Shown here in pieces: positions 10,963 through 21,138 of a stretch of 64,000 bases of DNA. The notes beneath the pieces were generated by a model that was not told where the DNA came from, searched no databases, and saw only the letters and a list, made by a program, of their open reading frames with translations. Each line of letters opens with the position of its first letter. Position 1 is the stretch's first letter. Origin of the DNA: Nocardioides sp. (GTDB taxonomy: Bacteria > Actinomycetota > Actinomycetes > Propionibacteriales > Nocardioidaceae); the NCBI RefSeq assembly GCF_041600255.1, contig NZ_JBFIKK010000001.1:564-64563 (forward strand), read 5' to 3'. The position numbers were made by a program, and so were the translations under genes.

Positions 10963-11181
10963 ATGACACCGTCGATCCTGCCCCAGCTGGTGGCACTGCA
11001 CATGGGTGCGCTGCATCCGGTCGAGCAACTGCTCGTGCTGCTGCTCGCCTTCGGGCCCTTCGTGGTGCTGGGGGTCCTGATCGCCGTACGACGCGGCCAG
11101 GACGCCGCAGACGAACTCCCCGAGGAGCGCCCCGACGGGGACGTCGACCAGGGACCGGCCGAGGGTCAGCTCGACAGGTAG
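10963..11181 (+). CDS. Small membrane protein
   Basis: LHMGALHPVEQLLVLLLAFGPFVVLGVLIAVRR: one TM helix plus acidic tail; CAGAAT -10-like box upstream. Confidence 0.65.
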   Translation: MTPSILPQLVALHMGALHPVEQLLVLLLAFGPFVVLGVLIAVRRGQDAADELPEERPDGDVDQGPAEGQLDR

Positions 11182-11654
11182 GCCCGCCCGGTCCGGTTCT
11201 CGGACTTCAGCGCCTTGAGCAGCAGGTCGGAGACCAGGCCCTCGATCTTCCCTCCGACCAGCGGGATCTTCACCGTGATGTCGAGCTCGACCGTCTCGCT
11301 GACGGTGCCGCCGGACTCGGTGAGCACCGCGGTTCCCGAGATCTCGCCCGGCTTGCCGGGGATGGTCACCCGGATGTCCGCCTTCGCGGGGCTGCTCCAC
11401 CGCTCGTGCTGGACGATGTTGATCTCGTCGCCGACGAACTTCTTGGCGAACGACGGGATGCCCTCGGCCGCCTGGACCTGGTCGATGGTGACCTCCATCC
11501 CTCCAGCAGCGGCCTCACCGTCGATCGTGATCGTCTGGCGCAGCACCTCCTGGTCCTGGCAGACCTGCTCACGGAAGGCCGGGTCGGCCAGCATCGCGGC
11601 CACCTCGTCCAGCGAGGCCTGGTAGGTCAGGGTGTGGCGCAGTCGCTTGGTCAT
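11166..11654 (-). CDS. DUF2505 family (START/SRPBCC-like) protein
   Basis: MLADPAFRE..., GKPGEISGT, VKIPLVGGKIE; paralogue of the adjacent gene. Confidence 0.85.
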   Translation of the reverse strand: MTKRLRHTLTYQASLDEVAAMLADPAFREQVCQDQEVLRQTITIDGEAAAGGMEVTIDQVQAAEGIPSFAKKFVGDEINIVQHERWSSPAKADIRVTIPGKPGEISGTAVLTESGGTVSETVELDITVKIPLVGGKIEGLVSDLLLKALKSENRTGRAYLSS

Positions 11655-12136
11655 CGGTTGTTCTCCTCCAGCCAGGCGACGCCGACCGTGTGCTCGGTGT
11701 CCATCCCGCTCCGGATCTTCTCCGCCAGCAGCTTCTCGAGCTTGCCGCCGATCAGCGGGACCTTCACCTTGACCTCGAGCTCCACGATCTCCACGGTCCG
11801 GCTCCCCTCGGGGCGCAGCGTGATCGTGCCGGAGATGTCGGACGGCTTGCCGGGTGCCTCGATCTTGAGCGTGCCGCCGGTGGTGTCGGCCCACTCCTCG
11901 CGCTGGATGGCGCGGGTGGCGTCCCCGGCGAAGGTGCGCGCGAAGCTGGGCAGGTCGTCGGTGCGCTGCTGCTGGTCGATGACCAGGGAGAAGCCGCCGC
12001 CTTTCCGGGTCAGCTCGACCTCGGCCGAGATGACGTCCTGGGCGGCGCAGACGCGCTCGCGGTAGTCGGCGTCGGACAGCATCGCGAACACCTGGTCCGG
12101 GCTGGCGTCGTAGGACAGTTCGTGTCGGAACTTCAT
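11651..12136 (-). CDS. DUF2505 family (START/SRPBCC-like) protein
   Basis: YDASPDQVFAMLSDADYRE, GKPSDISGT, VKVPLIGGKLE. Confidence 0.85.
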   Translation of the reverse strand: MKFRHELSYDASPDQVFAMLSDADYRERVCAAQDVISAEVELTRKGGGFSLVIDQQQRTDDLPSFARTFAGDATRAIQREEWADTTGGTLKIEAPGKPSDISGTITLRPEGSRTVEIVELEVKVKVPLIGGKLEKLLAEKIRSGMDTEHTVGVAWLEENNR

Positions 12137-12179
12137 GGCATGCATCATGGCCCAGACCGGACGACTAGCGTGCACGCCC

Positions 12180-12983
12180 ATGAGTGAAACGTTCGTGTCC
12201 TTCGGTGAGCAGGGCGCCCAGCTGACCTACGGCAGCTACCTGCGGCTTCCCCAGCTGCTCGACTCCCAGCACCTGGAGTCGGACCCGCCCGCCCACGACG
12301 AACTGCTGTTCATCACGATCCACCAGGTCTACGAGCTGTGGTTCAAGCAGCTGCTGCACGAGGTGGCGGCCGCCCGCGACGCGATGAGCGGCTCGGTGGA
12401 GGGTCGGACCCTGTGGTGGGCCCAGCACCTGCTGGCCCGGGTGCACGTCATCGAACGCATCCTGGTCCAGCAGGTCGACGTGCTGGAGACGATGACCCCG
12501 CAGGACTTCCTGGAGTTCCGGCAGCGGCTGGCTCCGGCCAGCGGTTTCCAGTCGGTGCAGTTCCGCGAGCTGGAGTTCCTCTCCGGCGCCAAGGACCCCT
12601 CTTACGTCGAGAAGTTCCGCGGGCTGACCGAGCAGGAGCAGGCCCGACTCGCGCGCCGACTCGAGGAGCCGTCGTTGTGGGACGCGTTCGTCGACGTCCT
12701 GCGAGCCGAGGGCTTGCCGGCCGAGAACGACGAGCAGATCTCGCAGTCCGTACGGACCGCCGCCCACGACCGTTCGCAGCACGCCGTGGTCTGGGCGCTC
12801 GCCGAGGCGTTGCTGCAGCACGACGAGCTCGCCGCGAGCTGGCGGGCCCGGCACGTGGTGATGGTCGAGCGGATGATCGGTGCCAAGTCCGGCACCGGAG
12901 GCTCCAGCGGCGCGGGCTACCTGCGCTCCCGGCTGCCGCTGCAGTACTACCCGCTGCTGTGGCAGCTGCGCTCGGAACTGTGA
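12180..12983 (+). CDS. kynA: Tryptophan 2,3-dioxygenase
   Basis: YGSYLRLPQLL, HDELLFITIHQVYELWFK, ASGFQSVQFRELE, VERMIGAKSGTGGSSG. Confidence 0.97.
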   Translation: MSETFVSFGEQGAQLTYGSYLRLPQLLDSQHLESDPPAHDELLFITIHQVYELWFKQLLHEVAAARDAMSGSVEGRTLWWAQHLLARVHVIERILVQQVDVLETMTPQDFLEFRQRLAPASGFQSVQFRELEFLSGAKDPSYVEKFRGLTEQEQARLARRLEEPSLWDAFVDVLRAEGLPAENDEQISQSVRTAAHDRSQHAVVWALAEALLQHDELAASWRARHVVMVERMIGAKSGTGGSSGAGYLRSRLPLQYYPLLWQLRSEL

Positions 12984-13046
12984 CGGACGGGGCGCAGGGG
13001 GTGGCCCGTGTTGTGGACGTCACATGCGGGGTCCTAGGGTCGAGGG

Positions 13047-16000
13047 GTGTCAACGACGACGCTCGATCAGGACAAAGCTGACCTCATTGCGAAGGCGATC
13101 GACCTGGCCCTGGCCGGCCGAGGTTCCGGTGGCCCGCCCCACGACACCGTGGGCGCCCTCATCAGGGCCTACTACCGCCATGTCGCGCCCGAGGACGTGT
13201 GCGACCGCGGCGAGGCCGACGTGTACGGCGCGGTCGCGTCGCACTGGAGGCTCGCCGAGAACCGCCCCCAGGGGCGGGCGATGGTCCGGGTGTTCACCCC
13301 GAGCCTGGGTGAGAACGGCTGGTCGGCCGTCGGTCACTCGGTGGTCGAGGTCGTCACCGACGACATGCCCTTCCTGGTCGACTCGCTGACCATGGAGCTG
13401 TCGCGCCAGATGCGCGACGTGCACGCGGTGATCCACCCGCACTTCGACGTAACCCGCGACATCACCGGCGCCCTGCAGAGCGTGACGCCGATCTCCGACG
13501 GTTCGCTGGAGCCCGAGGGCGACGCCATCCGGGAGTCGTGGATGCACGTCGAGATCGACCGGATCCGCGACACCGACGACGTGACCGAGATCGAGCAGGC
13601 CGTGCAGCGCGTCCTGCGCGACGTCCGGGAGGCGGTCGAGGACTGGGAGAAGATGCACGCCCAGGTCCGCGAGATCGTCGAGGAGCTCGAGACCGACCCG
13701 CCGGACCTGGACCCGGACGAGATCCGTCAGGGCCGCGAGCTGTTGACCTGGCTCGCCGACGACCACTTCACCTTCCTCGGCTACCGCGAGTACCGCCTCG
13801 AGCGGGACGGCGACGACGAGCTGCTGCGTGCCCTGCCGGGCACCGGTTTCGGGATCCTGCGGGCCGACCAGGACATGTCGTCCTCGTTCGGCAAGCTGCC
13901 CGCGGTCGTCAAGGCCAAGGCGCGGGAGAAGACCCTGCTGGTCCTCGCGAAGGCGAACTCGCGGGCCACCGTGCACCGCCCCGCCTACCTGGACTACGTG
14001 GGGGTCAAGAAGTTCGAGAACGGCGAGGTGGTGGGGGAGCGTCGCTTCCTGGGCCTCTTCTCGAGTGCCGCGTACACCGAGTCGCTGACCCGGATCCCGC
14101 TGCTGCGGGAGAAGGCCGCCGAGGTGCTCAAGCGCACCGGTTTCGACCCCCGCAGCCACGCCGGCAAGGCGCTGATGGACACGCTCGAGACCTACCCGCG
14201 TGACGAGATGTTCCACACCCCGGTCGACGAGCTCGCCCCGATGGCCGAGGCGGCCATGCACGCTCGGGCGCGCCGCCAGGTCCGGATGTTCATCCGCCGC
14301 GACACCTACGGCCGCTATGTCTCGGTGCTCGTCTACCTGCCCCGGGACCGGTACAACACCACCGTCCGGGAGCGCTTCTCCGAGATCCTCAAGGAGCGGC
14401 TCGGCGGCGAGAACGTCGAGTTCACCGTGCGCGTCAACGAGTCGACCACGGCCCGGGTGCACTTCGTGGTGCACCCGCCCAAGGGCACCCCGATCGCGGA
14501 GGTCGACTCCGCGGACCTCGAGCGGCGCCTGACCGAGGCCTCCCGCTCGTGGCGCGACGACTTCGTGACCGCCGTGATGGCCGAGTACGGCGAGGAGTCC
14601 GGTGCCGTGCTCGGGCGCCGGTACGTCGACTCGCTGCCGGAGGCGTACAAGGAGGACTTCTCCGCCCGGACCGGTGCGATCGACCTGGGTCGGCTGGAGG
14701 CGATCGAGGGGGACGAGGGCATCGACCTCTCGCTCTACGAACAGCTGGACGCCGGTCGGGGTGAGGCCCGCCTCAAGGTCTTCCGGGTCGGCCCTCCGCT
14801 GTCGCTCTCGGAGATCCTGCCGATGCTCTCCTCGATGGGGGTCGAGGTCGTCGACGAGCGGCCCTACGAGCTCGAGGGGCTGGGTCGACCGACGTACATC
14901 TACGAGTTCGGCCTGCGCTACGGCAAGGCCCTGCCGATGCGCTCGCGCGAGCTGTTCCAGGACGCGCTGCGTGCGGTCCGCGACGGCTTCAACGAGACCG
15001 ACGGCTTCAACGCGCTGATCCTGGGCGCCGGGATCACCTGGCGTCAGGCCACGGTCCTGCGCGCCTATGCCAAGTACATGCGCCAGGGGAACTCGCCCTT
15101 CGCCCTCGACTACATCGAGGAGGCGTTGGCCAACAACGTCGACATCACCGGCCTGCTGGTGAAGCTCTTCGAGGCCAGGTTCGACCCGGGCAGCAACGGC
15201 CTCGCGGCCGACGCCGAGGCGCGCACGGCGCGCGTGGAGCAGGTCGAGGAGCGGCTCGCCCGCGCCCTCGACGCGGTGGAGAGCCTGGACCACGACCGGA
15301 TCCTGCGGGCCTACCTGACGCACATCCGGGCGACCCTGCGCACGAACTACTTCCAGCCCGACACCGACGGCTCCACCAAGACCTACATGTCGTTCAAGCT
15401 CGACACGTCGGCCATCCCCGACCTGCCCGAGCCGCGGCCGCAGTTCGAGATCTTCGTCTACTCGCCCCGCGTCGAGGGCGTGCACCTGCGCTTCGGCGCG
15501 GTCGCCCGGGGAGGCCTGCGCTGGTCGGACCGACGCGACGACTTCCGCACCGAGGTGCTCGGTCTGGTCAAGGCACAGATGGTCAAGAACACCGTGATCG
15601 TGCCGGTGGGTGCCAAGGGCGGGTTCTTCTGCAAGCAGCTCCCCGACCCCTCCGACCGTGACGCATGGCTCGCCGAGGGCGTGGCCTGCTACACGACGTT
15701 CATCTCCGGGCTGCTCGACATCACCGACAACCTCGTCGACGGCGAGACGGTGCCGCCCTCGGCGGTGGTGCGCCACGACGGGGACGACTCCTACCTGGTG
15801 GTCGCGGCCGACAAGGGCACCGCGACCTTCTCCGACACCGCCAACGCGATCGCCCAGAAGTACGGCTTCTGGCTGGGCGACGCCTTCGCCAGCGGTGGTT
15901 CGGTGGGCTACGACCACAAGGCGATGGGGATCACCGCCCGCGGCGCGTGGGTCTCGGTGCAGCGTCACTTCCGCGAGCGCGGCATCGACTGCCAGCACGA

Positions 16001-17912
16001 GGACTTCACCTGTGTCGGCATCGGCGACATGTCCGGAGACGTCTTCGGCAACGGCATGCTCTGCTCCGAGCACATCCGACTGGTGGCTGCCTTCGACCAC
16101 CGCCACATCTTCGTCGACCCGACGCCGGACGCGGCGACGTCGTACGCCGAGCGCAAGCGGCTCTTCGAGCTTCCCCGCTCCAGCTGGGAGGACTACGACG
16201 CCTCGCTGATCTCCGAGGGCGGCGGGGTCTTCCCGCGTTCGGCCAAGTCGATCCCGCTGAACAAGGCGATGCGCAAGGCTCTCGGGATCCCCGACGACGT
16301 CAGCGCGATGACGCCGGCGGAGCTGATGCGGGCGATCCTCAAGGCGCCGGTCGACCTGCTCTGGAACGGCGGCATCGGCACCTACGTGAAGGCGGCGTCC
16401 GAGACCCATGCGGACGCCGGCGACAAGGCCAACGACGCGATCCGGGTCGACGGCGCCGAGGTCCGGGCCAAGGCGGTCGGCGAGGGCGGCAACCTGGGGC
16501 TGACCCAGCTCGGCCGGATCGAGTACGCCGCCAGTGGCGGCCGGATCAACACCGACTTCATCGACAACTCCGCCGGCGTCGACACCTCCGACCACGAGGT
16601 GAACATCAAGATCCTGCTCGACCGGGTGGTCAAGGACGGTGACCTGACCGGCAAGCAGCGCAACCAGATCCTGGTCGAGATGACCGACGAGGTCGCCCAG
16701 CTCGTGCTCCGCGACAACTACGAGCAGAACCTCGCCCTGGCCAACGCGGCCGCGAACGCAGCGCCGCTGCTGCACGTGCACGAGGACTGGATCAAGCGCC
16801 TGGAACGTCGCGGGGTGCTCAACCGCGAGCTCGAGGGGCTGCCGAGCAGCAAGGAGATCCGCCGCCGGATGGACGCCGGTCAGGGCCTGACGATGCCCGA
16901 GCTCTCGGTCCTGCTGTCCTGGACCAAGATCGTGCTGGCCGAGGAGCTCATCGACTCCGACCTGCCCGATGACCCGTACCTCGACATCGACCTGCGCGCC
17001 TACTTCCCGACGCCGATCCGGGAGGGGTTCGAGACGCAGATCGTCCAGCACCCGCTGCGCCGCGAGATCATCGTGACCCAGGTCGTCAACGACCTGGTCA
17101 ACGGTGCCGGGATGACCTACTGGCCGCGTCTGGCCGGGGAGACGGGCTCGACGTCAGCCGAGCTGACCCGGGCCAACTTCGTGGCGCGGGAGATCTTCGG
17201 GTCACTGCCGATGCGCGAGCGGATCGCCGAGCTCGACAACGTCCTCGACGCCTCGGTCCAGACCCGGATGCGCCTGGAGATGCGCACGCTCGTGGAGCGG
17301 GCCTCCCGGTGGCTGGTCACCAACCGCCGCCCTCCGCTCGACAGCCAGGCCACGGTCGACTTCTTCCGCGAGCCGGTGCAGCAGGTCATCGCCCAGCTGC
17401 CCGACCTGATGACCGGTCGCGAGCTCACCTCCTTCCACCAGCGTCGGGACTCCTTGACGGCGCAGGGGGTCGACGAGGAGCTGGCCACCCAGGTCGGGGT
17501 GCTCGAGCCGGCGTACATGCTGCTCGGGCTGATCGAGATCGCCGTCCGCGACGAGCGCGACCCGGCCGAGGTGGCGCGCCTGCACTTCGCGCTGGCCGAG
17601 CGGCTGGGTCTGCCGGCGCTGGTGGGCCGGATCCTGGCGCTGCCCCGGGAGGACCGCTGGCAGACGATGGCCCGTGCGGCGCTGCGCGACGACCTGCACG
17701 CGGTCCACGCCCAGCTCACCGGCCAGGTGCTGCGGGCGTCCTCGGACGACGACTCGATCACGGCCCGGATCGCGGCCTGGGAGGACGGTGACTCGGTGGT
17801 GGTGAGTCGGGCCGCGGCCACCCTGGAGGAGATCTGCGCCGACGAGCACGCCGATCTGGCCCGGATGTCGGTGGGGCTGCGAGTCGTGCGCGGACTTCTG
17901 GCCAGCGCCTGA
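13047..17912 (+). CDS. gdhB: Large (~1600 aa) NAD-specific glutamate dehydrogenase
   Basis: DDMPFLVDS, ARGGLRWSDRRDDFRTEVLGLVKAQMVKN, VAADKGTATFSD, GYDHKAMGITARGAW, GDMSGDVFGNG. Confidence 0.97.
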   Translation: MSTTTLDQDKADLIAKAIDLALAGRGSGGPPHDTVGALIRAYYRHVAPEDVCDRGEADVYGAVASHWRLAENRPQGRAMVRVFTPSLGENGWSAVGHSVVEVVTDDMPFLVDSLTMELSRQMRDVHAVIHPHFDVTRDITGALQSVTPISDGSLEPEGDAIRESWMHVEIDRIRDTDDVTEIEQAVQRVLRDVREAVEDWEKMHAQVREIVEELETDPPDLDPDEIRQGRELLTWLADDHFTFLGYREYRLERDGDDELLRALPGTGFGILRADQDMSSSFGKLPAVVKAKAREKTLLVLAKANSRATVHRPAYLDYVGVKKFENGEVVGERRFLGLFSSAAYTESLTRIPLLREKAAEVLKRTGFDPRSHAGKALMDTLETYPRDEMFHTPVDELAPMAEAAMHARARRQVRMFIRRDTYGRYVSVLVYLPRDRYNTTVRERFSEILKERLGGENVEFTVRVNESTTARVHFVVHPPKGTPIAEVDSADLERRLTEASRSWRDDFVTAVMAEYGEESGAVLGRRYVDSLPEAYKEDFSARTGAIDLGRLEAIEGDEGIDLSLYEQLDAGRGEARLKVFRVGPPLSLSEILPMLSSMGVEVVDERPYELEGLGRPTYIYEFGLRYGKALPMRSRELFQDALRAVRDGFNETDGFNALILGAGITWRQATVLRAYAKYMRQGNSPFALDYIEEALANNVDITGLLVKLFEARFDPGSNGLAADAEARTARVEQVEERLARALDAVESLDHDRILRAYLTHIRATLRTNYFQPDTDGSTKTYMSFKLDTSAIPDLPEPRPQFEIFVYSPRVEGVHLRFGAVARGGLRWSDRRDDFRTEVLGLVKAQMVKNTVIVPVGAKGGFFCKQLPDPSDRDAWLAEGVACYTTFISGLLDITDNLVDGETVPPSAVVRHDGDDSYLVVAADKGTATFSDTANAIAQKYGFWLGDAFASGGSVGYDHKAMGITARGAWVSVQRHFRERGIDCQHEDFTCVGIGDMSGDVFGNGMLCSEHIRLVAAFDHRHIFVDPTPDAATSYAERKRLFELPRSSWEDYDASLISEGGGVFPRSAKSIPLNKAMRKALGIPDDVSAMTPAELMRAILKAPVDLLWNGGIGTYVKAASETHADAGDKANDAIRVDGAEVRAKAVGEGGNLGLTQLGRIEYAASGGRINTDFIDNSAGVDTSDHEVNIKILLDRVVKDGDLTGKQRNQILVEMTDEVAQLVLRDNYEQNLALANAAANAAPLLHVHEDWIKRLERRGVLNRELEGLPSSKEIRRRMDAGQGLTMPELSVLLSWTKIVLAEELIDSDLPDDPYLDIDLRAYFPTPIREGFETQIVQHPLRREIIVTQVVNDLVNGAGMTYWPRLAGETGSTSAELTRANFVAREIFGSLPMRERIAELDNVLDASVQTRMRLEMRTLVERASRWLVTNRRPPLDSQATVDFFREPVQQVIAQLPDLMTGRELTSFHQRRDSLTAQGVDEELATQVGVLEPAYMLLGLIEIAVRDERDPAEVARLHFALAERLGLPALVGRILALPREDRWQTMARAALRDDLHAVHAQLTGQVLRASSDDDSITARIAAWEDGDSVVVSRAAATLEEICADEHADLARMSVGLRVVRGLLASA

Positions 17913-17936
17913 TCCGTGCGGCGATACGCTCGCCCC

Positions 17937-19343
17937 ATGACAGACCTGAGCCGGGCCGGGGTGGCCGAGATCGTCCGACTCACCTCCGCCGGAGACCTGA
18001 CCGCGCGCGTCGTCGTCGACGAGGCCCTCGATCGCATCGAGGCCGGCGACCGCACGCTCAACGCGTTCTCCCGGGTGCTGGCCGACGAGGCGCGTGCTGA
18101 GGCGTCGGCGCGCGACGAGTCGGTGGCGAGCGGGGAGACGCCCGGTCCGCTGCACGGCGTACCGATCGTGATCAAGGAGGAGATCGACGTCGCGGGGACG
18201 GTCACCACCTTCGGTGGCGATGCCAACACGACGCCGGCCCGGGCCGACTCCGAGATCGTCCGTCGCCTGCGCGAGGCCGGAGCGGTGATCGTCGGCAAGA
18301 CCACGATGCCCGAGTTCGGGGCGTTCCCCTTCACCGAGTCCGACAGTCGCGGCATCACCCGCAACCCCTGGGACCCCGACCGCACCCCCGGCGGCTCCTC
18401 GGGCGGTACGGCGGCCGCGGTCGCCTCCGGCATGGTCCCGATCGGGATCGGCGGCGACGGGGGTGGCTCGATCCGGATCCCGTCGGCCAGCTGCGGCCTC
18501 TTCGGCCTCAAGCCCCAGCGCGGCCGGGTGACCACCGCGCCGTACCCGCACCTGTGGTGGTCGCTGGGCACGACCGGCCCGCTGTCCCGGTCGGTCCTGG
18601 ACAGCGCGATGGTCTACGACGTGATCCGCGGGAACGTCGACTCCGACCTCTACCGGGCCGGGGAGGCGCCCTCGTTCGTGGAGGCGGCCGGTCGTGAGCC
18701 CGGGCGGCTGCGCATCGGCTGGTCCACCACCCCGGTCACCCGTGGGGTGAAGCCGGACCCGCAGCACGTGCGTGCGGTCCAGGACACCGCGACGCTGCTG
18801 GCCGAGCTCGGCCACGACGTCGTGGAGATCAACCCGCGCTACCCCGACCCGAGTGCGGCGTTCGTGCCCCAGTTCTTCGCCGGCATCCGCAGCGAGGCCG
18901 ATGCGGTCGAGCACTTCGACCGCCTCGAACGACGGACCCGGGAGACCTACCGCCTGGGCGCCTGGGTCCGGCCCAGGGTGCGCGAGTGGGCGCTGTCGGA
19001 GACCGAGAAGATCGCCCGGAAGGCCAACCGGATCTTCGACCAGTGCGACGTCCTGCTGACCCCGACCACCGCCCACCGCCCGCCCGCCGTCGGTCGGCTG
19101 GGCCGGGTGGGCACGGTGCGTGCCTCGCTGCGCTCGATGCCCTCGATCGCCTACGCCGCGCTGTGGAACGTGGCGGGGAACCCGGCCGCCGCCGTCCCGT
19201 GCGGTCTCGGCACGGACGGGCTGCCGCTGTCGGTCCAGCTGGTCGGGCGCACCGACGACGAGGCCACCCTCTTCTCGCTCTCGGCCCAGATCGAACGGGC
19301 CCGGCCGTGGCCGCTCGTGGCGGGCGAGGCGAGCATCGGATAG
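17937..19343 (+). CDS. Amidase signature family enzyme
   Basis: GPLHGVPIVIKE, PGGSSGG, GGDGGGSIRIPS Ser-cisSer-Lys signature. Confidence 0.95.
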   Translation: MTDLSRAGVAEIVRLTSAGDLTARVVVDEALDRIEAGDRTLNAFSRVLADEARAEASARDESVASGETPGPLHGVPIVIKEEIDVAGTVTTFGGDANTTPARADSEIVRRLREAGAVIVGKTTMPEFGAFPFTESDSRGITRNPWDPDRTPGGSSGGTAAAVASGMVPIGIGGDGGGSIRIPSASCGLFGLKPQRGRVTTAPYPHLWWSLGTTGPLSRSVLDSAMVYDVIRGNVDSDLYRAGEAPSFVEAAGREPGRLRIGWSTTPVTRGVKPDPQHVRAVQDTATLLAELGHDVVEINPRYPDPSAAFVPQFFAGIRSEADAVEHFDRLERRTRETYRLGAWVRPRVREWALSETEKIARKANRIFDQCDVLLTPTTAHRPPAVGRLGRVGTVRASLRSMPSIAYAALWNVAGNPAAAVPCGLGTDGLPLSVQLVGRTDDEATLFSLSAQIERARPWPLVAGEASIG

Positions 19344-19351
19344 GAGGGGCG

Positions 19352-20074
19352 ATGGCCGCGATCGAGGTGCGAGGCCTGGTCAAGACCTACGGCGCCCTGC
19401 GCGCGGTCGACGACGTCTCCTTCAGCGTCGCCGAGGGTGAGTTCTTCGGCATCATCGGGCCGAACGGCGCCGGCAAGACCACCGTCCTGGAGCTGGTCGA
19501 GGGGCTGCGGGCGCCCGACTCGGGGGAGATCCGGGTGCTCGGCCAGAAGGTGCGTCCGCGCAACGCTGCCCTGATGCCCCGGATCGGCGTCCAGCTGCAG
19601 GCCTCGTCGTTCTTCGAGCGGCTGACGGCCCGCGAACAGATCCGCACCTTCGCGGCGTTGTACGACGTCTCGACGGCCCGCGCCGACGCGTGGCTGGAGC
19701 GGGTCGGGCTCGTGGAGAAGGCCGGCACCCGGGTCGAGGATCTCTCCGGCGGCCAGGCGCAGCGACTCTCGATCGCGTGCGCGCTGGTCCACGATCCCGA
19801 GCTGGTCTTCCTGGACGAGCCCACCGCCTCGCTCGACCCGCAGGCGCGGCACAACCTGTGGGACCTGCTGCGCGGGATCCAGCACGCGGGTCGCACGGTG
19901 GTGCTCACGACGCACTACATGGAGGAGGCCGAGGCCCTCTGCGAGCGGATCGCGCTGATGGACCAGGGTCGGATCCTCGAGCTCGACTCGCCGCGCGCCC
20001 TGATCGAACGACTCGGGGTGGAGAGCCTGGACGACGTGTTCCTCGAGCTGACCGGACGGGCGTACCGGACATGA
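19352..20074 (+). CDS. ABC-2 type exporter ATP-binding subunit
   Basis: GPNGAGKTT, LSGGQ, FLDEP, TTH. Confidence 0.95.
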   Translation: MAAIEVRGLVKTYGALRAVDDVSFSVAEGEFFGIIGPNGAGKTTVLELVEGLRAPDSGEIRVLGQKVRPRNAALMPRIGVQLQASSFFERLTAREQIRTFAALYDVSTARADAWLERVGLVEKAGTRVEDLSGGQAQRLSIACALVHDPELVFLDEPTASLDPQARHNLWDLLRGIQHAGRTVVLTTHYMEEAEALCERIALMDQGRILELDSPRALIERLGVESLDDVFLELTGRAYRT

Positions 20075-21138
20075 GCACGCGCGCCTTCACGAGCCTCTCC
20101 CGGGCGATCCTGCTCGGGTTCCTGCGGGACCGGTCGGCGGTCTTCTTCGCGGTGATCTTCCCGCTGATGTTCCTGGTGCTCCTCGGCTCCATCTTCAGCG
20201 ACCAGCGCCAACCCCGGGTCGAGCTCCTCGAGATCGGTTCGGTCGCCCTCTTCGACGCACTGCCCGCGCAGGCCAGGTCGGAGTTCGAGACCGCCTTCGA
20301 CGTGCGCAGGGTCGACGACCGGGAGGAGGCGCTGGCCGCGGTCCGCTCCGGAGATGCCGACGTGGCCGTGGAGATGCAGGGCGAGCGGCTGGTCGCGCAC
20401 TACACCCAGACCGACCCGGTCCGGGCCGCGATCACCCAGGGCACCCTGCGGGCGTTCGTGGACGGCGCCAACCTGGCCCTCAGCGGGACCCCGCCGCGCT
20501 TCTCCCTGGAGACCCGCTCGGTGGAGGACGACTCGCTGCAGGCGATCCAGTTCGTGACCCCCGGGCTGCTCGGCTGGGCGGTGGCGATGAGTGCCAGCTT
20601 CGGCGCGGCCGCCACCCTGCAGGGCTGGCGGCAGAGCAAGCTGTTGCGACGCATCCAGCTCGCGCCGGTCTCCACCCGGACCGTGGTGGCGGCCCGGGTG
20701 GGGGTCACGGTCGCGGTCGCCCTGGGGCAGATGGCGCTCTTCCTGGCCCTCGGGGTGGCGGCCTTCGGGCTCGAGCTCACCGGGGCGTGGCCGGCGGCGA
20801 TCCCGCTGCTGGTCGTCGGCACCCTGTGTTTCATGGCCGTGGGGCTGCTGGCGGGTGCGGTCACCAGGACGGCGGAGGGGGCGGTGAACATGGCCAACTT
20901 CTTCGTGCTGCCGATGGCCTTCCTCAGCGGCTCGTTCTTCCCGCTCGACGTCGCCCCGCGGTGGCTGCAGACGATCTCGCAGGTGATGCCGCTGCGCCAC
21001 CTCAACGACGGGATGCTCGACGTGATGGCCCGTGGTGAGGGGGCGGGAGCCGTGTTGGTGCCGATCGGCATCCTGACCGTCTTCGCGACCGTGATCACGC
21101 TGCTCGCGGCCCGGCTCTTCCGGTGGGAAGCCACCTGA
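20071..21138 (+). CDS. ABC-2 type exporter permease
   Basis: Six-TM pattern with extracellular loop, FLSGSFFP, PLRHLNDG; ATGA-coupled to the ATPase gene. Confidence 0.9.
   Translation: MSTRAFTSLSRAILLGFLRDRSAVFFAVIFPLMFLVLLGSIFSDQRQPRVELLEIGSVALFDALPAQARSEFETAFDVRRVDDREEALAAVRSGDADVAVEMQGERLVAHYTQTDPVRAAITQGTLRAFVDGANLALSGTPPRFSLETRSVEDDSLQAIQFVTPGLLGWAVAMSASFGAAATLQGWRQSKLLRRIQLAPVSTRTVVAARVGVTVAVALGQMALFLALGVAAFGLELTGAWPAAIPLLVVGTLCFMAVGLLAGAVTRTAEGAVNMANFFVLPMAFLSGSFFPLDVAPRWLQTISQVMPLRHLNDGMLDVMARGEGAGAVLVPIGILTVFATVITLLAARLFRWEAT

Noticed and set aside
13050-17051. 1333-aa antisense ORF, and similar long ORFs (42393-46178-, 27966-29882-, 7918-9708-, 48-1829+)
   Set aside because: Shadow ORFs of high-GC coding DNA. 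They overlap well-supported genes, have no motifs and show Arg/Gly/Pro-biased composition.
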